Shown one piece after another: positions 1 to 10,914 of a stretch of 50,131 bases of DNA. Numbering within the stretch: the first letter of the stretch is position 1; each line of letters begins with the position of its first letter. A model generated the notes under the pieces. The model saw only the letters and a list, made by a program, of their open reading frames with translations. It was not told the DNA's origin and ran no database searches. The stretch is from assembly GCF_001194135.2 (NCBI RefSeq), contig NC_068987.1:23198439-23248569 (forward strand), read 5' to 3'. Source of the stretch: Octopus bimaculoides. Lineage: Eukaryota. A program made the position numbers and the translations under genes.

Positions 1-189
1 ACATATATATATACATCGGCTTTATCTAACTTTAATATATACTGCTCTATAACTTAGAGTGTGCTTCTTTTTTCGGATTTATATTACAGACGATGTATAT
101 ATATGTGTATATATATATATATATATAGATATATAGATAGATAGATACATACATACATACATACATATATACATACATACATACATATA

Positions 190-226
<37 letters not shown>

Positions 227-269
227 TTGCGTGCACATAGTTTTCTACATATATGTATACATTCATACG

Positions 270-498
270 TTTATTTTTACTTGTTTCTGTCACTAGACTG
301 AGGCCATGCTGGGGCACCGATCATGAAGTAATTTTAGTCGAATGGATCAACCCCAGTACTTATCCTTCGTAAGCCTGTATTTATTTTATTGGTCATTTCT
401 GCCGACCCGCTAAGTTACAGGAAGGTAAACACACCAACACCTGTTGTCAAGCAGTGTCAATTAGTGGTAGGTGACAAACACAGACACAAAGACCCATA

Positions 499-538
<40 letters not shown>

Positions 539-718
539 CACACACACACATATATATACATACATATATATGAGGGGTTTCTTTCTGCTTCCGTCGACCA
601 TACAAGACATTGGTCAGTCCGAGACTATAGTGGAAATAACTTGCTTACATGTCACGCAGCCACACAGTGGGGCTGAACCTGGAACCATGTGCTTCGGAAG
701 CAAGCTTCTTACCATACA
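270..718 (-). mobile_element. SINE family B (tRNA-like head + internal microsatellite + conserved tail)
   Basis: Reverse complement matches other copies in the window (4031-4400, 30582-30990): head ...GGTTCAGCCCCACTG..., internal (CA/TA)n, tail ...CAGCATGGCC...GAAACAAGTAAAA. Confidence 0.8.
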
Positions 719-1238
719 CATATATACAGATATATAAGTGTGCTTGTGTGTGTTCACTATACAAGCCAGCTTACACGCGCGTGCGCACACACACACACAA
801 GTACATATGGATTCACAAACATGTGGAAATAAACGTGCTCAATACTGAAACAGTATGTCACTATATATACTTTATATATATGCCTGTCTGTATATCTCTT
901 TATATCTAGCTGACAAGTCAGTCCCAGTTCAGCCTGATCGAGCAGCAGACCTGCTATCAATAGAGATACCAACCATGTCGACCTCGTCGATATTTTACAG
1001 CAGGGGGAAATTTTACATTTGGGGGAAATTTTGAGGTTATCTTCAGCAAGTGTAGCAATGCTTGCATATGTTGCTAATTGTGTATACGTGTTGGTGAGTA
1101 TAATAGATTTTGCCGCTGTGTTTGTGTGTCCGTATTATATCCGTGTCTGTATCGCAATGTGTCTGTGTGTATATGTGTATGCATGTATATATTTGTCTGC
1201 GTACACAAACACACACATACGCACATATAGAGATAGAA

Positions 1239-1396
1239 AGAGTAAAACCTATTAGCCAACGTAAATTGGCAGTCCTTGTTAGGACGATATTACTACCTTT
1301 TTTTTAGCTCCAGATGTTTTCCTGGGGCTAAAAGAAAGGTAGTAACATCGTCCTAACCAGGACTACCAATTTACGTTGACAAATAGATTTTACTCT
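1239..1396. repeat. Near-perfect fold-back palindrome (~75-bp arms, 8-nt loop), MITE-like
   Basis: Left arm agagtaaaacctattagccaacgtaaattggcagtccttgttaggacgatattactacc... is the reverse complement of the right arm ...ggtagtaacatcgtcctaaccaggactaccaatttacgttgacaaatagattttactct, with roughly 8 mismatches. Confidence 0.85.
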
Positions 1397-1464
1397 GTAC
1401 TACTTTATTTATTTATGCGCCTTTCTCAAGCCTAGCCAGGCTCATGGGCCCGGTTTCCCGGTTT

Positions 1465-1640
1465 CTATGGCGTATGTGTTCCCCAGTCCATCGCAGCGTT
1501 ACTCAAGAAACAGGAAGAAAGAGTGAGAGAAAGTTGGGGCGATAGAGTACAACAGGGGTCGCCACCACCCCCTGCCAGAGCCTCGTGGAGCTTTAGGTGT
1601 TTTCGCTCAATAAACACACACAACGCCCGGTCTGGGAATC
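1465..1640 (-). mobile_element. SINE family A-related copy with a different 3' tail, head truncated by gap
   Basis: 1508-1640 matches family A body (gaaacaggaagaaagagtgagagaaagttg...aacgcccggtctgggaatc); 1465-1507 differs from the family A tail. Confidence 0.7.
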
Positions 1641-2182
1641 NNNNNNNNNNNNNNNNNNNNNNNNNNNNNNNNNNNNNNNNNNNNNNNNNNNNNNNNNNNN
1701 NNNNNNNNNNNNNNNNNNNNNNNNNNNNNNNNNNNNNNNNNNNNNNNNNNNNNNNNNNNNNNNNNNNNNNNNNNNNNNNNNNNNNNNNNNNNNNNNNNNN
1801 NNNNNNNNNNNNNNNNNNNNNNNNNNNNNNNNNNNNNNNNNNNNNNNNNNNNNNNNNNNNNNNNNNNNNNNNNNNNNNNNNNNNNNNNNNNNNNNNNNNN
1901 NNNNNNNNNNNNNNNNNNNNNNNNNNNNNNNNNNNNNNNNNNNNNNNNNNNNNNNNNNNNNNNNNNNNNNNNNNNNNNNNNNNNNNNNNNNNNNNNNNNN
2001 NNNNNNNNNNNNNNNNNNNNNNNNNNNNNNNNNNNNNNNNNNNNNNNNNNNNNNNNNNNNNNNNNNNNNNNNNNNNNNNNNNNNNNNNNNNNNNNNNNNN
2101 NNNNNNNNNNNNNNNNNNNNNNNNNNNNNNNNNNNNNNNNNNNNNNNNNNNNNNNNNNNNNNNNNNNNNNNNNNNNNNNNNN

Positions 2183-2275
2183 AAAACGTGGACAAAATGA
2201 AAAGCAGAACATAAACAGAGCACAGAAAACAAACAGGCCACATAGAGAATATTTCCTTCATCAGCTGCCCCTATT
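2183..2275 (-). repeat. Dispersed repeat fragment (cagctgatgaagg...tatgtggcc...ttttgtccacg), second copy at 44615-44720 (+)
   Basis: Direct similarity between the two loci within the window. Class uncertain, possibly Penelope-like LTR debris. Confidence 0.5.
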
Positions 2276-2834
2276 CTAAACGAAGTGTTTCGAAGAATGT
2301 ATGTGTGTATGTATGTGTGTATGTATGTATGTATGTATGTATGTATGTATGCATGTATGTATGTATGTATCTTCTTTCAGCTATAAGAGAGTACGCACGC
2401 ATAATATATATGCTCGCACTCACACAGACATGGTTGCTTGTTTACCAACGTATAAAAATATATGTGGTTGTATACTTATAAAGTGCGTATATTTCTGCAC
2501 ATGTACGTTTGTATTCCTATCAGCAGTTGTGTCCATATCCGTGTATATCCGGTCTACATGGAACCATGCATCTTTCTATGCACATGTGCATATGCATATC
2601 TTTATATCTTTATCTATCTTTCTATCTATCTATTGGTCTATCTCTGTGTGTGTATATATGTAGATACGTATGCATATATATGAATGTATACAAGCATGTA
2701 TATATGTACGTATGTACGCACGTATACATGTGTATACTTCTATGTATGTATGTATGCATGAATGTATATTTGCTTACATATGTATGCATGCATGAATGCA
2801 TTATTTGTGTATGTATGTAATACAAAAACGGGCA

Positions 2835-3158
2835 TAAAGACCCCTTTCGGTCATGGAATGACCATGGGATTGTACCTAGAAAGTTCCCCACCGAGGCACA
2901 AGTGCGGGCAAGGGGCAGTTGCTCGTGCATACCAGCCTCCCCTCTTCGTGCCCCCGATGTTATCCAAGGGAAAAGTAAAGGCCGATGCAGCTTGGCGCTA
3001 GTGACGTCGCAACTCATTTCTACAACTGAGTGAACTGAAGCAACGTGAAATAAAGTGCCTTGCTCAAGAACACAACACACAACTCGGTCCGGGAATCGAA
3101 CTCACTACCTTATGATTGTGAGCCCGACGCTCTAGCCTCTGAGCCCTGCACCTTCACA
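2835..3158 (-). mobile_element. CORE-type tRNA-derived SINE (family D)
   Basis: Minus strand shows A-box and B-box head (ggctcagaggctagagc ... gagttcgattccc), then a CORE-like segment gtgttcttgagcaaggcactttatttcacgttgcttcagttcactcagttgtagaaatg. Homologous to 47834-48174. Confidence 0.8.
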
Positions 3159-4030
3159 TATGCACGTATGCATGTATATATGTATGAATAAAAATTGGAT
3201 CTGATGGAAGTAAAGTGAAAGATGAAGAATAGATGTTTATTCCCTTAGTTGGCATCTGTTTCATAACACGTTAGTGTTTCCTGGATTTCAGAACGACGCT
3301 GAGATTACATCCTAGCTTTGATTACGGTTTTCTTTGATAGCCAGGCACCAGGCGGAGAGCTTGCTATGAACTTTGTTTGGTGCCTTGAATCCCCATATTT
3401 ATTCTGTGTGCATATAAGTATCTATGTAATGTATGTGTGTGTGTGTGCGTGCGTGTGCGTCCGTGCGTGTGTCTGTGCGTCCGTGCGTGCGTGTACGTAT
3501 GGAATTCCCTCCCTGCTCGTCTATTTCCTGTAGGTATCGTCTCTGAACGTTTCAAAAGAAATTCGAACACATCAATCTCACCATTGTAGGAGGTCTTGCA
3601 ATAGCCAGGGGCACTGTCTCTCCCTCCAGATCGCGCAAAGACATATGTGCGTGTGTGTGTGTGAGTGTGTGTGCGTTTGTGCCTGTGTCTGTGCGTCCGT
3701 GTGGGTGTGTGTGTATCCCTGTATACGTTTTCCGTGATATGCGTGTATACCTGTTGATTATGACAGCGTGTCAGAGAATATGCACACACACACACATGTG
3801 CGCGTGTATACATATTTTTTATCTTATCTTTTACTTGTTTTGGTCATTGAACGGTGCCGACCAAAACTTTGTGAATTGATTTGGTGGACGGAAATTGAAA
3901 GAAGCCCGTCGTATATATCTCTGGAGCCTCAACCTAACTTTTAAAAGATGTTGCTCCAGCGTGGTCGCAGTCAAATGACTGAAACAAGTAAACTATGTGT
4001 GTGTGTGTGTGTGTGTGTAATATTACATAC

Positions 4031-4400
4031 AGGTTGTGTGATAAGAAGCTTGCTTCCCAACCACATGGTGCCGGGTTCAGTCCCACTGCGTGACACCTTG
4101 GGCTAGTGTCTTCTACCATAGCCTCGGGCCGACCAAAGTCTTGTGAGTAGATTTGGTAGAGGGAAAATGAAAGAAGCCCGTCGTATATGTATATATGTAT
4201 TTGTAGGTCTGTGTTTGTCCCTCACCACCACTTGACAACCGATGTTGGTGTGTTTACGTCCCCGTAACATAGCGATTCGGCAACAAGAGCCCGATCGAGT
4301 AAGTACTAGACTTACAAAGAATAAGTCCGTTGGTCGATTCGTTCGACTAAAGGCGGTGCTCCAGCATGGCCGCAGTCAAATGACTGAAACAAGTAAAAGT
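4031..4400 (+). mobile_element. SINE family B, near full length
   Basis: Head with B-box ggttcagtcc, short internal TA/TG tract, tail ending gactgaaacaagtaaaag. Additional B fragments at 3825-3990 and 4555-4650. Confidence 0.85.
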
Positions 4401-4418
4401 ATACACACACACACACAT

Positions 4419-4457
<39 letters not shown>

Positions 4458-5747
4458 NNNNNNNNNNACTAAAGGCGGTGCTCCAGCATGGCCGCAGTCA
4501 AATGACTGAAACAAGTAAAAGTATACACACACACACACATATATATATATATAAAACAGGCTTCCAGTTTCCGTCCACCGAATTCATACAGACGGCGTTC
4601 GGACTGAACCCGAAACCACGTGGTTTGCATAGCGGGTTTCTCAACCACGAAGACATGCCTGCGCTTATGTACATACACTCACACGCGCACGCACAGTCAC
4701 ACGCACACAGTTATACACACACGACACACACACATAAGCACATGATACTATACACATACTGTGACAGGCACAAGCACATGATACTATACATACAGTCACA
4801 CACGCACACACAAACACACTTGCACACATAAACAACACGCGCGCACACACACACACACACATGCATATATAAATTGTCCAGTATGTGTACAGTATTATGT
4901 GTGTGTGTGTCTCTTCGTGCATGTGTGCACTCGGCCAAGTGCGTGTGTGCTTCCCATGCCAGCTCAGCGTAGTCGCAGACCGTTAGACACACACGCATAG
5001 TAGTAGAAGTGGTAGTGGTGGTGGTGGTGGTAGTGGTGAGATGAAGGAGGTCTGAATGGTTAAAAATTGTATTACGAAATAAAACATCCCACTGTTTAAT
5101 ACTAGAACGAGGCTGACCTTTGTATTTTGCATAATGTTCAGAGGTCATGCTGCTACGTACGCAGTAAATATATAAGTACCTTCACACACACATAGGAGCA
5201 CGCGCAAACACATAAACATATACTTATACATATATGCACATGTCACACACACTTACATAGCCACAGGCGGCAAGAGTAATCGCGCGCGCACTCACAGACA
5301 TACAATCACACGAGCACACACACATACACACACACACACGTGCACATACTCTGAAGCAGACATAAACACAGCCACAGGCAGTTGCACACACGCATATACA
5401 TACAAACACGCTCACACACACACTCATACAAACGCTCACACAGACACAGCCACAGGCTGTTAGAACAGTTGCACACACGCATAACCAGAAGCATCGAGCG
5501 CAGTCACAGCAAACTCACACACGCATACTCATACAATCTATTCGCGCTTACCCTTCACTCATACAGCCACTCGCGCGCTCGCACACACTCACACACTCAC
5601 ATACTCATACAGCTATTCGCTCGCTAGCGCGCTCACGCACCTTTCTAACCTCATATCCGTGTCTGTATATAAATAAGCTAAGCTAGCAGGCTTGCCATTT
5701 CAGACAGTGACCTGAAACAAGTCTATAATCAGCAGCCAAGCTGGGTT

Positions 5748-5780
5748 TATAAAACCACAACCACAACACTCGAGTCATTT
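5748..5780 (+). promoter_or_regulatory. Candidate core promoter: TATAAAA (5748-5754) plus initiator TCATTT (5775-5780, A+1 = 5777)
   Basis: TATA box begins 29 nt upstream of a match to the invertebrate Inr consensus TCAKTY. A second Inr-like TTAGTT has its A at 5781. Lies about 270 nt upstream of the PH ORF and just downstream of a CpG-retaining tract. Confidence 0.55.
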
Positions 5781-5787
5781 AGTTTCC

Positions 5788-5811
5788 ATGCCGTGTGAGA
5801 TTCTACTCTAA
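5788..5811 (+). other. Upstream ORF (MPCEILL*) in the putative 5' UTR of the PH gene
   Basis: ATG CCG TGT GAG ATT CTA CTC TAA read directly, 11 nt after the predicted start site. Depends on the TSS prediction. Confidence 0.35.
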
Positions 5812-6050
5812 ACTGATCGTTTCTCGTTTACTCTACTACAATTCGCAACAAGTTTATTTTGTTCTTTCATTCGTCTTACCCATATATATATTGTACCTTC
5901 GTATATATATATATAACTTGCCTTCTATACTACGATCTTACTAAAAACGTAAGGTGGAGTTTTTATTTTCATCATAAAACACTATATTGAATTTTATTTG
6001 GAAACACGACAGCATTTATTGCTAACATATATTATTCTCCTGACACAACA

Positions 6051-6548
6051 ATGAAGGGTTTTCCTTGTATCGACGCCTTACCAGCATCTCTCTCTGCTGT
6101 TGACGAAAACATGCCGTTGCCAAACGAACAGGGCGCACCTGTAAAATGTGGCCATCTCTACCTAATCATAGGGCCAAACAGACAACTGGCCGTTTTTGTC
6201 AATGTCTACTGGAGCGGATTCGAACACTTTGCTGTCATCTACCGCGACAAGAAATTCTGTAATGCTTCCGCTTTCATCCGTATCAAGAGATGTGTAGTGA
6301 CCAAAGATTCACAGAAAGGAAATCGCTTTGTTATAATTCCGAATAACAGTGAAGGTTGTACCATTGTATTCGAATGCGAAACCGAGCGTGAAACAGATGA
6401 ATGGGTGAAGGCTTTGTCGTATAAATCTTACAAAAATAATCGTTGCTGCCTATCGAAACCCTCAGTCGTACCCGAAATGACGGTACCCATACCAAAGTCT
6501 CCTGTTCTACCAACTCTGAAAGAATATGACGAAGACGAAGATGTTTGA
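6051..6548 (+). CDS. Single-exon PH-domain-only protein, 165 aa (PH fold approx. aa 29-124; C-terminal S-P-V-L-P-T-L-K-E-Y-D-E-D-E-D-V tail)
   Basis: Only non-repetitive, complex-composition ORF in the window. ATG has A at -3 (acaacaATG) and an in-frame upstream TGA at 5988-5990. PH-like pattern: beta1 VKCGHLYLI, central beta strands (FAVIY, FIRIKRCVV, FVIIP, IVFEC) and the diagnostic C-terminal helix ETERETDEWVKAL with the conserved Trp. No specific orthologue recognised. Confidence 0.8.
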   Translation: MKGFPCIDALPASLSAVDENMPLPNEQGAPVKCGHLYLIIGPNRQLAVFVNVYWSGFEHFAVIYRDKKFCNASAFIRIKRCVVTKDSQKGNRFVIIPNNSEGCTIVFECETERETDEWVKALSYKSYKNNRCCLSKPSVVPEMTVPIPKSPVLPTLKEYDEDEDV

Positions 6549-7782
6549 ACGTTGGAAGTTCCCTCAGTGTATGTATAAATATCTACACATGCACATTTTT
6601 AACGAAGTAAAATATATATAACATATATACATTTCTCTATGAATGTGTATATTTATATATATCCGTGTTCTTTTGTTCTTACAAAATCCAGCATTCCCAT
6701 TTAAAGTTCTTTATCTTTCTCTTCTTTCGAACTCCTTTGAAAGAAGTGGAAGGTTGGATATATTTTTTTTCTATATTTAAATGGTGAAAAATGACGGAGA
6801 AGCTGAAGAGGAAAAAATTGAAAAAAATACAGAAAGGAAGATTTTTTTCTTTCTTTTCTTCTCATTTTTAATTACTTTTGTTTTCAAGAGGGGGAAGAAA
6901 AAAACAAAACAAAGTTCTTTGAAAGACTTTTACTGAATAAGAATACCCTGAAGAAAAAGAAAGAATGGATAACAGCAAGGAAAGAGAGACCGACAGAGAG
7001 AGAGAGAGAGACAGAAAACGTGGTGATAGAAGAAAAATATCCAGAAACCAGATGACTACCCTGGGTCTTGTTAAAAGAAGGAGAAAAAAAATCATCTACG
7101 TTTTGTTTTTCAAAAAAAAAAAAGGGAAGAAAGACCCTCCAGGGAGGAAGTTCACAGTAAAAAAAAACAAAACAAAAAAAAACATCAGAAAAAAAAACAT
7201 TTATTTCTATTTATTTTTTGTGCTTTTTAAAGCGGCCTACAGGAGTCAGCAAACAACCCCAAACATCACCCACAGAATTAATTTTTCAGATGAATTAATT
7301 ACCGATCTGATGATGATGATGATGATGATGATGACGATGATGATGATTATGATGATGATGACACTACAATTTGTTCCAGACACTAAGAAGGAAAACACTA
7401 TAGGAACATTTTTCATTTGAATTTTTTTTTTTTTTTTTTTTTTTTTTCCTTTTGGAAAACTTCATTTCAAGATTGATCGGACCTCAAAAGGGACTTGTTG
7501 ATAATATTATTATTACAAGAGGTAGGGGTGAGAAGGAACTCGCCACAACAAAACCATTTAAACATCAACAATAAGAAGAACACCAGTTACAGCTACGACG
7601 AAGAAATAACAAACTTTCTCTTCACTCAAAAAAAGGAAAAAATATATATATATAGATCAGAGAACAAGATAAAGACCAAAAATCAGAAACATCTATAAAG
7701 AGCCTTATATATGCTACAGACCTTGTTATATACATACATGTGTGTGTGTATACTGTGTATGTATACATACATACATATACAC

Positions 7783-7843
<61 letters not shown>

Positions 7844-8949
7844 TGGGCTGACTGTGAGTCTTTTTTTTGTTCTTTGACTTTGCTGTTGTTGTTTTTTGTT
7901 GCTTTTCCTTTAAATTTCATTCCTTTCACACCGATTGTGATTTTTGGGAACTTATAAATGAATTATTATTCATTCATTTCATAACGCTGTGTCGTTTCAT
8001 GTGAGTGACATTTTCTTTTCTTTACAATGTTTTTAAAATTTTATTTATTTCTTTTTCTTTCTTTTTTTTTCTTTTCTTTGCGAAGAAAAACAAATTCAAA
8101 GATTCTTCCATATTCCTCAGTTCCCCACCCCCAGCACCACCACCACCACCTTTGTTCTTTGTTCTTCATCTTCTTAACAGCCCCTCCCCAATTATATCGA
8201 TCTGCCAGACGATATAAGGGAATATATATATAGGTGTAGCAAAAAAAACACCTATATTCACACACACACACACACACACATGTATATATATATATATATT
8301 GAAGAGACAAAGAGGAGAAAGACAACGTGCAGAATCTCAAATACTGCTTTTCATTATTTATTATATTTAAATAATATATTTATTAATGCACATTCTTCAC
8401 TTTTTTCCCCCAATTTCTTGTGGTCTGTTCAGTTTTTCATCTGGATATATATATATGTATATATACATATTCACACATGTGCATGCACACACATAGATAT
8501 GTATAGGTATATACATACCTATCTACATTCATGCACATTTGGGCTTTTTTCTTTTCTTTTCTTTTCACCACAATCCCATATTCCAAGCATGACTCAACTA
8601 CATTTACACATGATGTTCAACGCTTCAGGCATATTTTGACAAATTCTTCACATGGTGACATTTTCCTGTTCACTTCCAGTCCATCATTTTTAGTCACTAT
8701 TCTTCTTTTCTTTGTTATTATTGTTGTTGTTGTTGTCGCTGCTGTGTCTAATTAGACACAAATTGTTGCTTCCATTTATATATTTATTTGTCTATTTGTT
8801 TTTGTTTTTTTTTGCCATTTCCATCCAAATTCACACACCCAGCTTTTATGCATTTAAACATTTATAAATTGTGTTTAGATCTTATAACATGATTTCATAG
8901 ATTCAAATAGCATGGATAATTCCTTTGTTCATCTCTAATTTGTGTTTAT

Positions 8950-9036
<87 letters not shown>

Positions 9037-9547
9037 TAGATATATGCATACACATACTCACACACACACATAAGCATATATATATATATATACATGACAA
9101 AGAAAAAGAAGAACTCAATTCTGAGATTAAAGTGATGAAGCTTTAATTTATTGAGAATTCAAACTTCAAAAATCACTGCTTATAACTCTCTCATTGACTA
9201 GCTGCATACAATTATGCATACATAAATACATGTGTGCACATGAATGTATTCAGATGTGTGTAAATTCACTAAAATGTTCATACACACATGTAAACACATC
9301 TCTACCTTCACCTCTTCAGAGTACTATTTAAATATGTATAGCAATTTAATCTTTTATCAAATTTTATAATTTCTCTCTAAAATTTAGTTATATACTATTT
9401 TCTGTGTCAGTCAGCTCTTTTTTTTTTTATTATAGCCATTCAAATTTATATACATTCACTTAAATATACATATGTATTATATATATCATAGTATTATATA
9501 TGTTAGATATGTATACATGTGTATTTATATACATACATATATCTATC

Positions 9548-9581
<34 letters not shown>

Positions 9582-10498
9582 TACAATCACACGCAGACTT
9601 AGATATACATAAAAGTTTTAGTTCACCTCTCTGCAACTGTTACACACATACACACACGCATTGCATGAAATCTGAATCTTAAAGCTGTTGCTACTACTGC
9701 TGCTTATTAGCGTTGCAAGCGACCTTCAGCCCACTAATTAGTTTGAAATACCGCCATTTTCAAAGTTACCCTTCAATCATTTATGCTTATATACATATAT
9801 AAAACGCAATCTGTCTGTTTATCCTTCTCGCTATTTGCTTATATGTGCATATATGAACTTATTTACATATGCATATAAACTGTGTACATGACACATGCAC
9901 ACACATACATATGTAGACATATATAATTCTGCCCCATCACTTTATATTATATCATGGTTGACTTTTGTTGGTCATGTTCTTTGGAGGGATACTGGTGGGG
10001 ATGAACAAGTTAATCAGGGGCATGGAGACAATCCTAAGTTGTATGGTGATCGTTGATGTGGTAGATGACCACTCGGCCTAAACATGCACATCTGTAGGTC
10101 AATAGCTTGACTAACTATACATGCATATTTAAATACATAAATACATACATATATATATATGTATATATATATATGTATGTATATGCACATACATATGTGA
10201 GTGGGGAGCCATCTGTCCTTGGATTTTGGTTGGAATTCCTTGGCAATGGAGTGCACTATAACAAAAGACATTCCCAGTGACCTGATGCCGAATGCTGATA
10301 TTAAAGCATACTCTGTGCTAGGCTTTTGTGTTTTGAGCACAGTGTGTACAAACACCATTTTTATTTTATATATGAGAGAGAAAGAAAGAGAGAGAGATGA
10401 ATAGGTAAACAGATACATACATACAAAGAGTTTTAAGTAGAGAGATAGATAGATACATAGCTATCAGATATATACATATACCTATATATGTATGGATG

Positions 10499-10558
<60 letters not shown>

Positions 10559-10794
10559 TTATTAATAATAATAATAATTTTCTGACATTTTTAGAAGACC
10601 ATATATATTTTAAGGAAAGCACTTTAATGTAATGGTAACTAACATTATTGATCACAGAAGAGTACCACTATTAACAATAGCAACAGCTACTACGGCTAAC
10701 ACCTTTCATTCATTTGCCATCAGCAATAGAATACTTTATTCAAAATCTATACAAATATACAATGATAGTAGTGTTGTCATTTAAGAAGTCAATG

Positions 10795-10875
10795 AAATAA
10801 ATACCAGTTGAATACTGAGGTTGATATAATCGATTAACCCAGAAAATTTCAGGCCTTGTACCTATTGTAGAAAGA

Positions 10876-10912
<37 letters not shown>
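10795..10912 (+). mobile_element. SINE family C 3' fragment with (ATT)n tail
   Basis: taccagttgaatactgaggttgatataatcga...tttcaggccttgtacctattgtagaaagaat(att)n matches the 3' monomer end at 28935-29019. Confidence 0.6.

Positions 10913-10914
<2 letters not shown>

Noticed and set aside
2240-2300. CTGATGA with upstream GAAAC (type II hammerhead permutation); also CTGATGA at 44622 and 33982
   Set aside because: Stem I and stem II pairings fail on inspection.
4468-4553. Exact tandem duplicate of 4346-4431
   Set aside because: Separated by a 10-N placeholder gap; typical unmerged contig overlap, so an assembly artefact.
5716-5725. p53-type half-site AAACAAGTCT near the promoter; MEF2-like CTATTTATAG at 13393-13402; TGACCTTGA nuclear-receptor site near 46222
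   Set aside because: Single short motifs are expected by chance in 43 kb of AT-rich DNA; no second half-site or clustering.
6965-7420. 151-aa Lys/Arg/Met-rich ORF downstream of the PH gene
   Set aside because: Product of A-rich, (GA)n and (GAT)n low-complexity sequence, probably 3' UTR.
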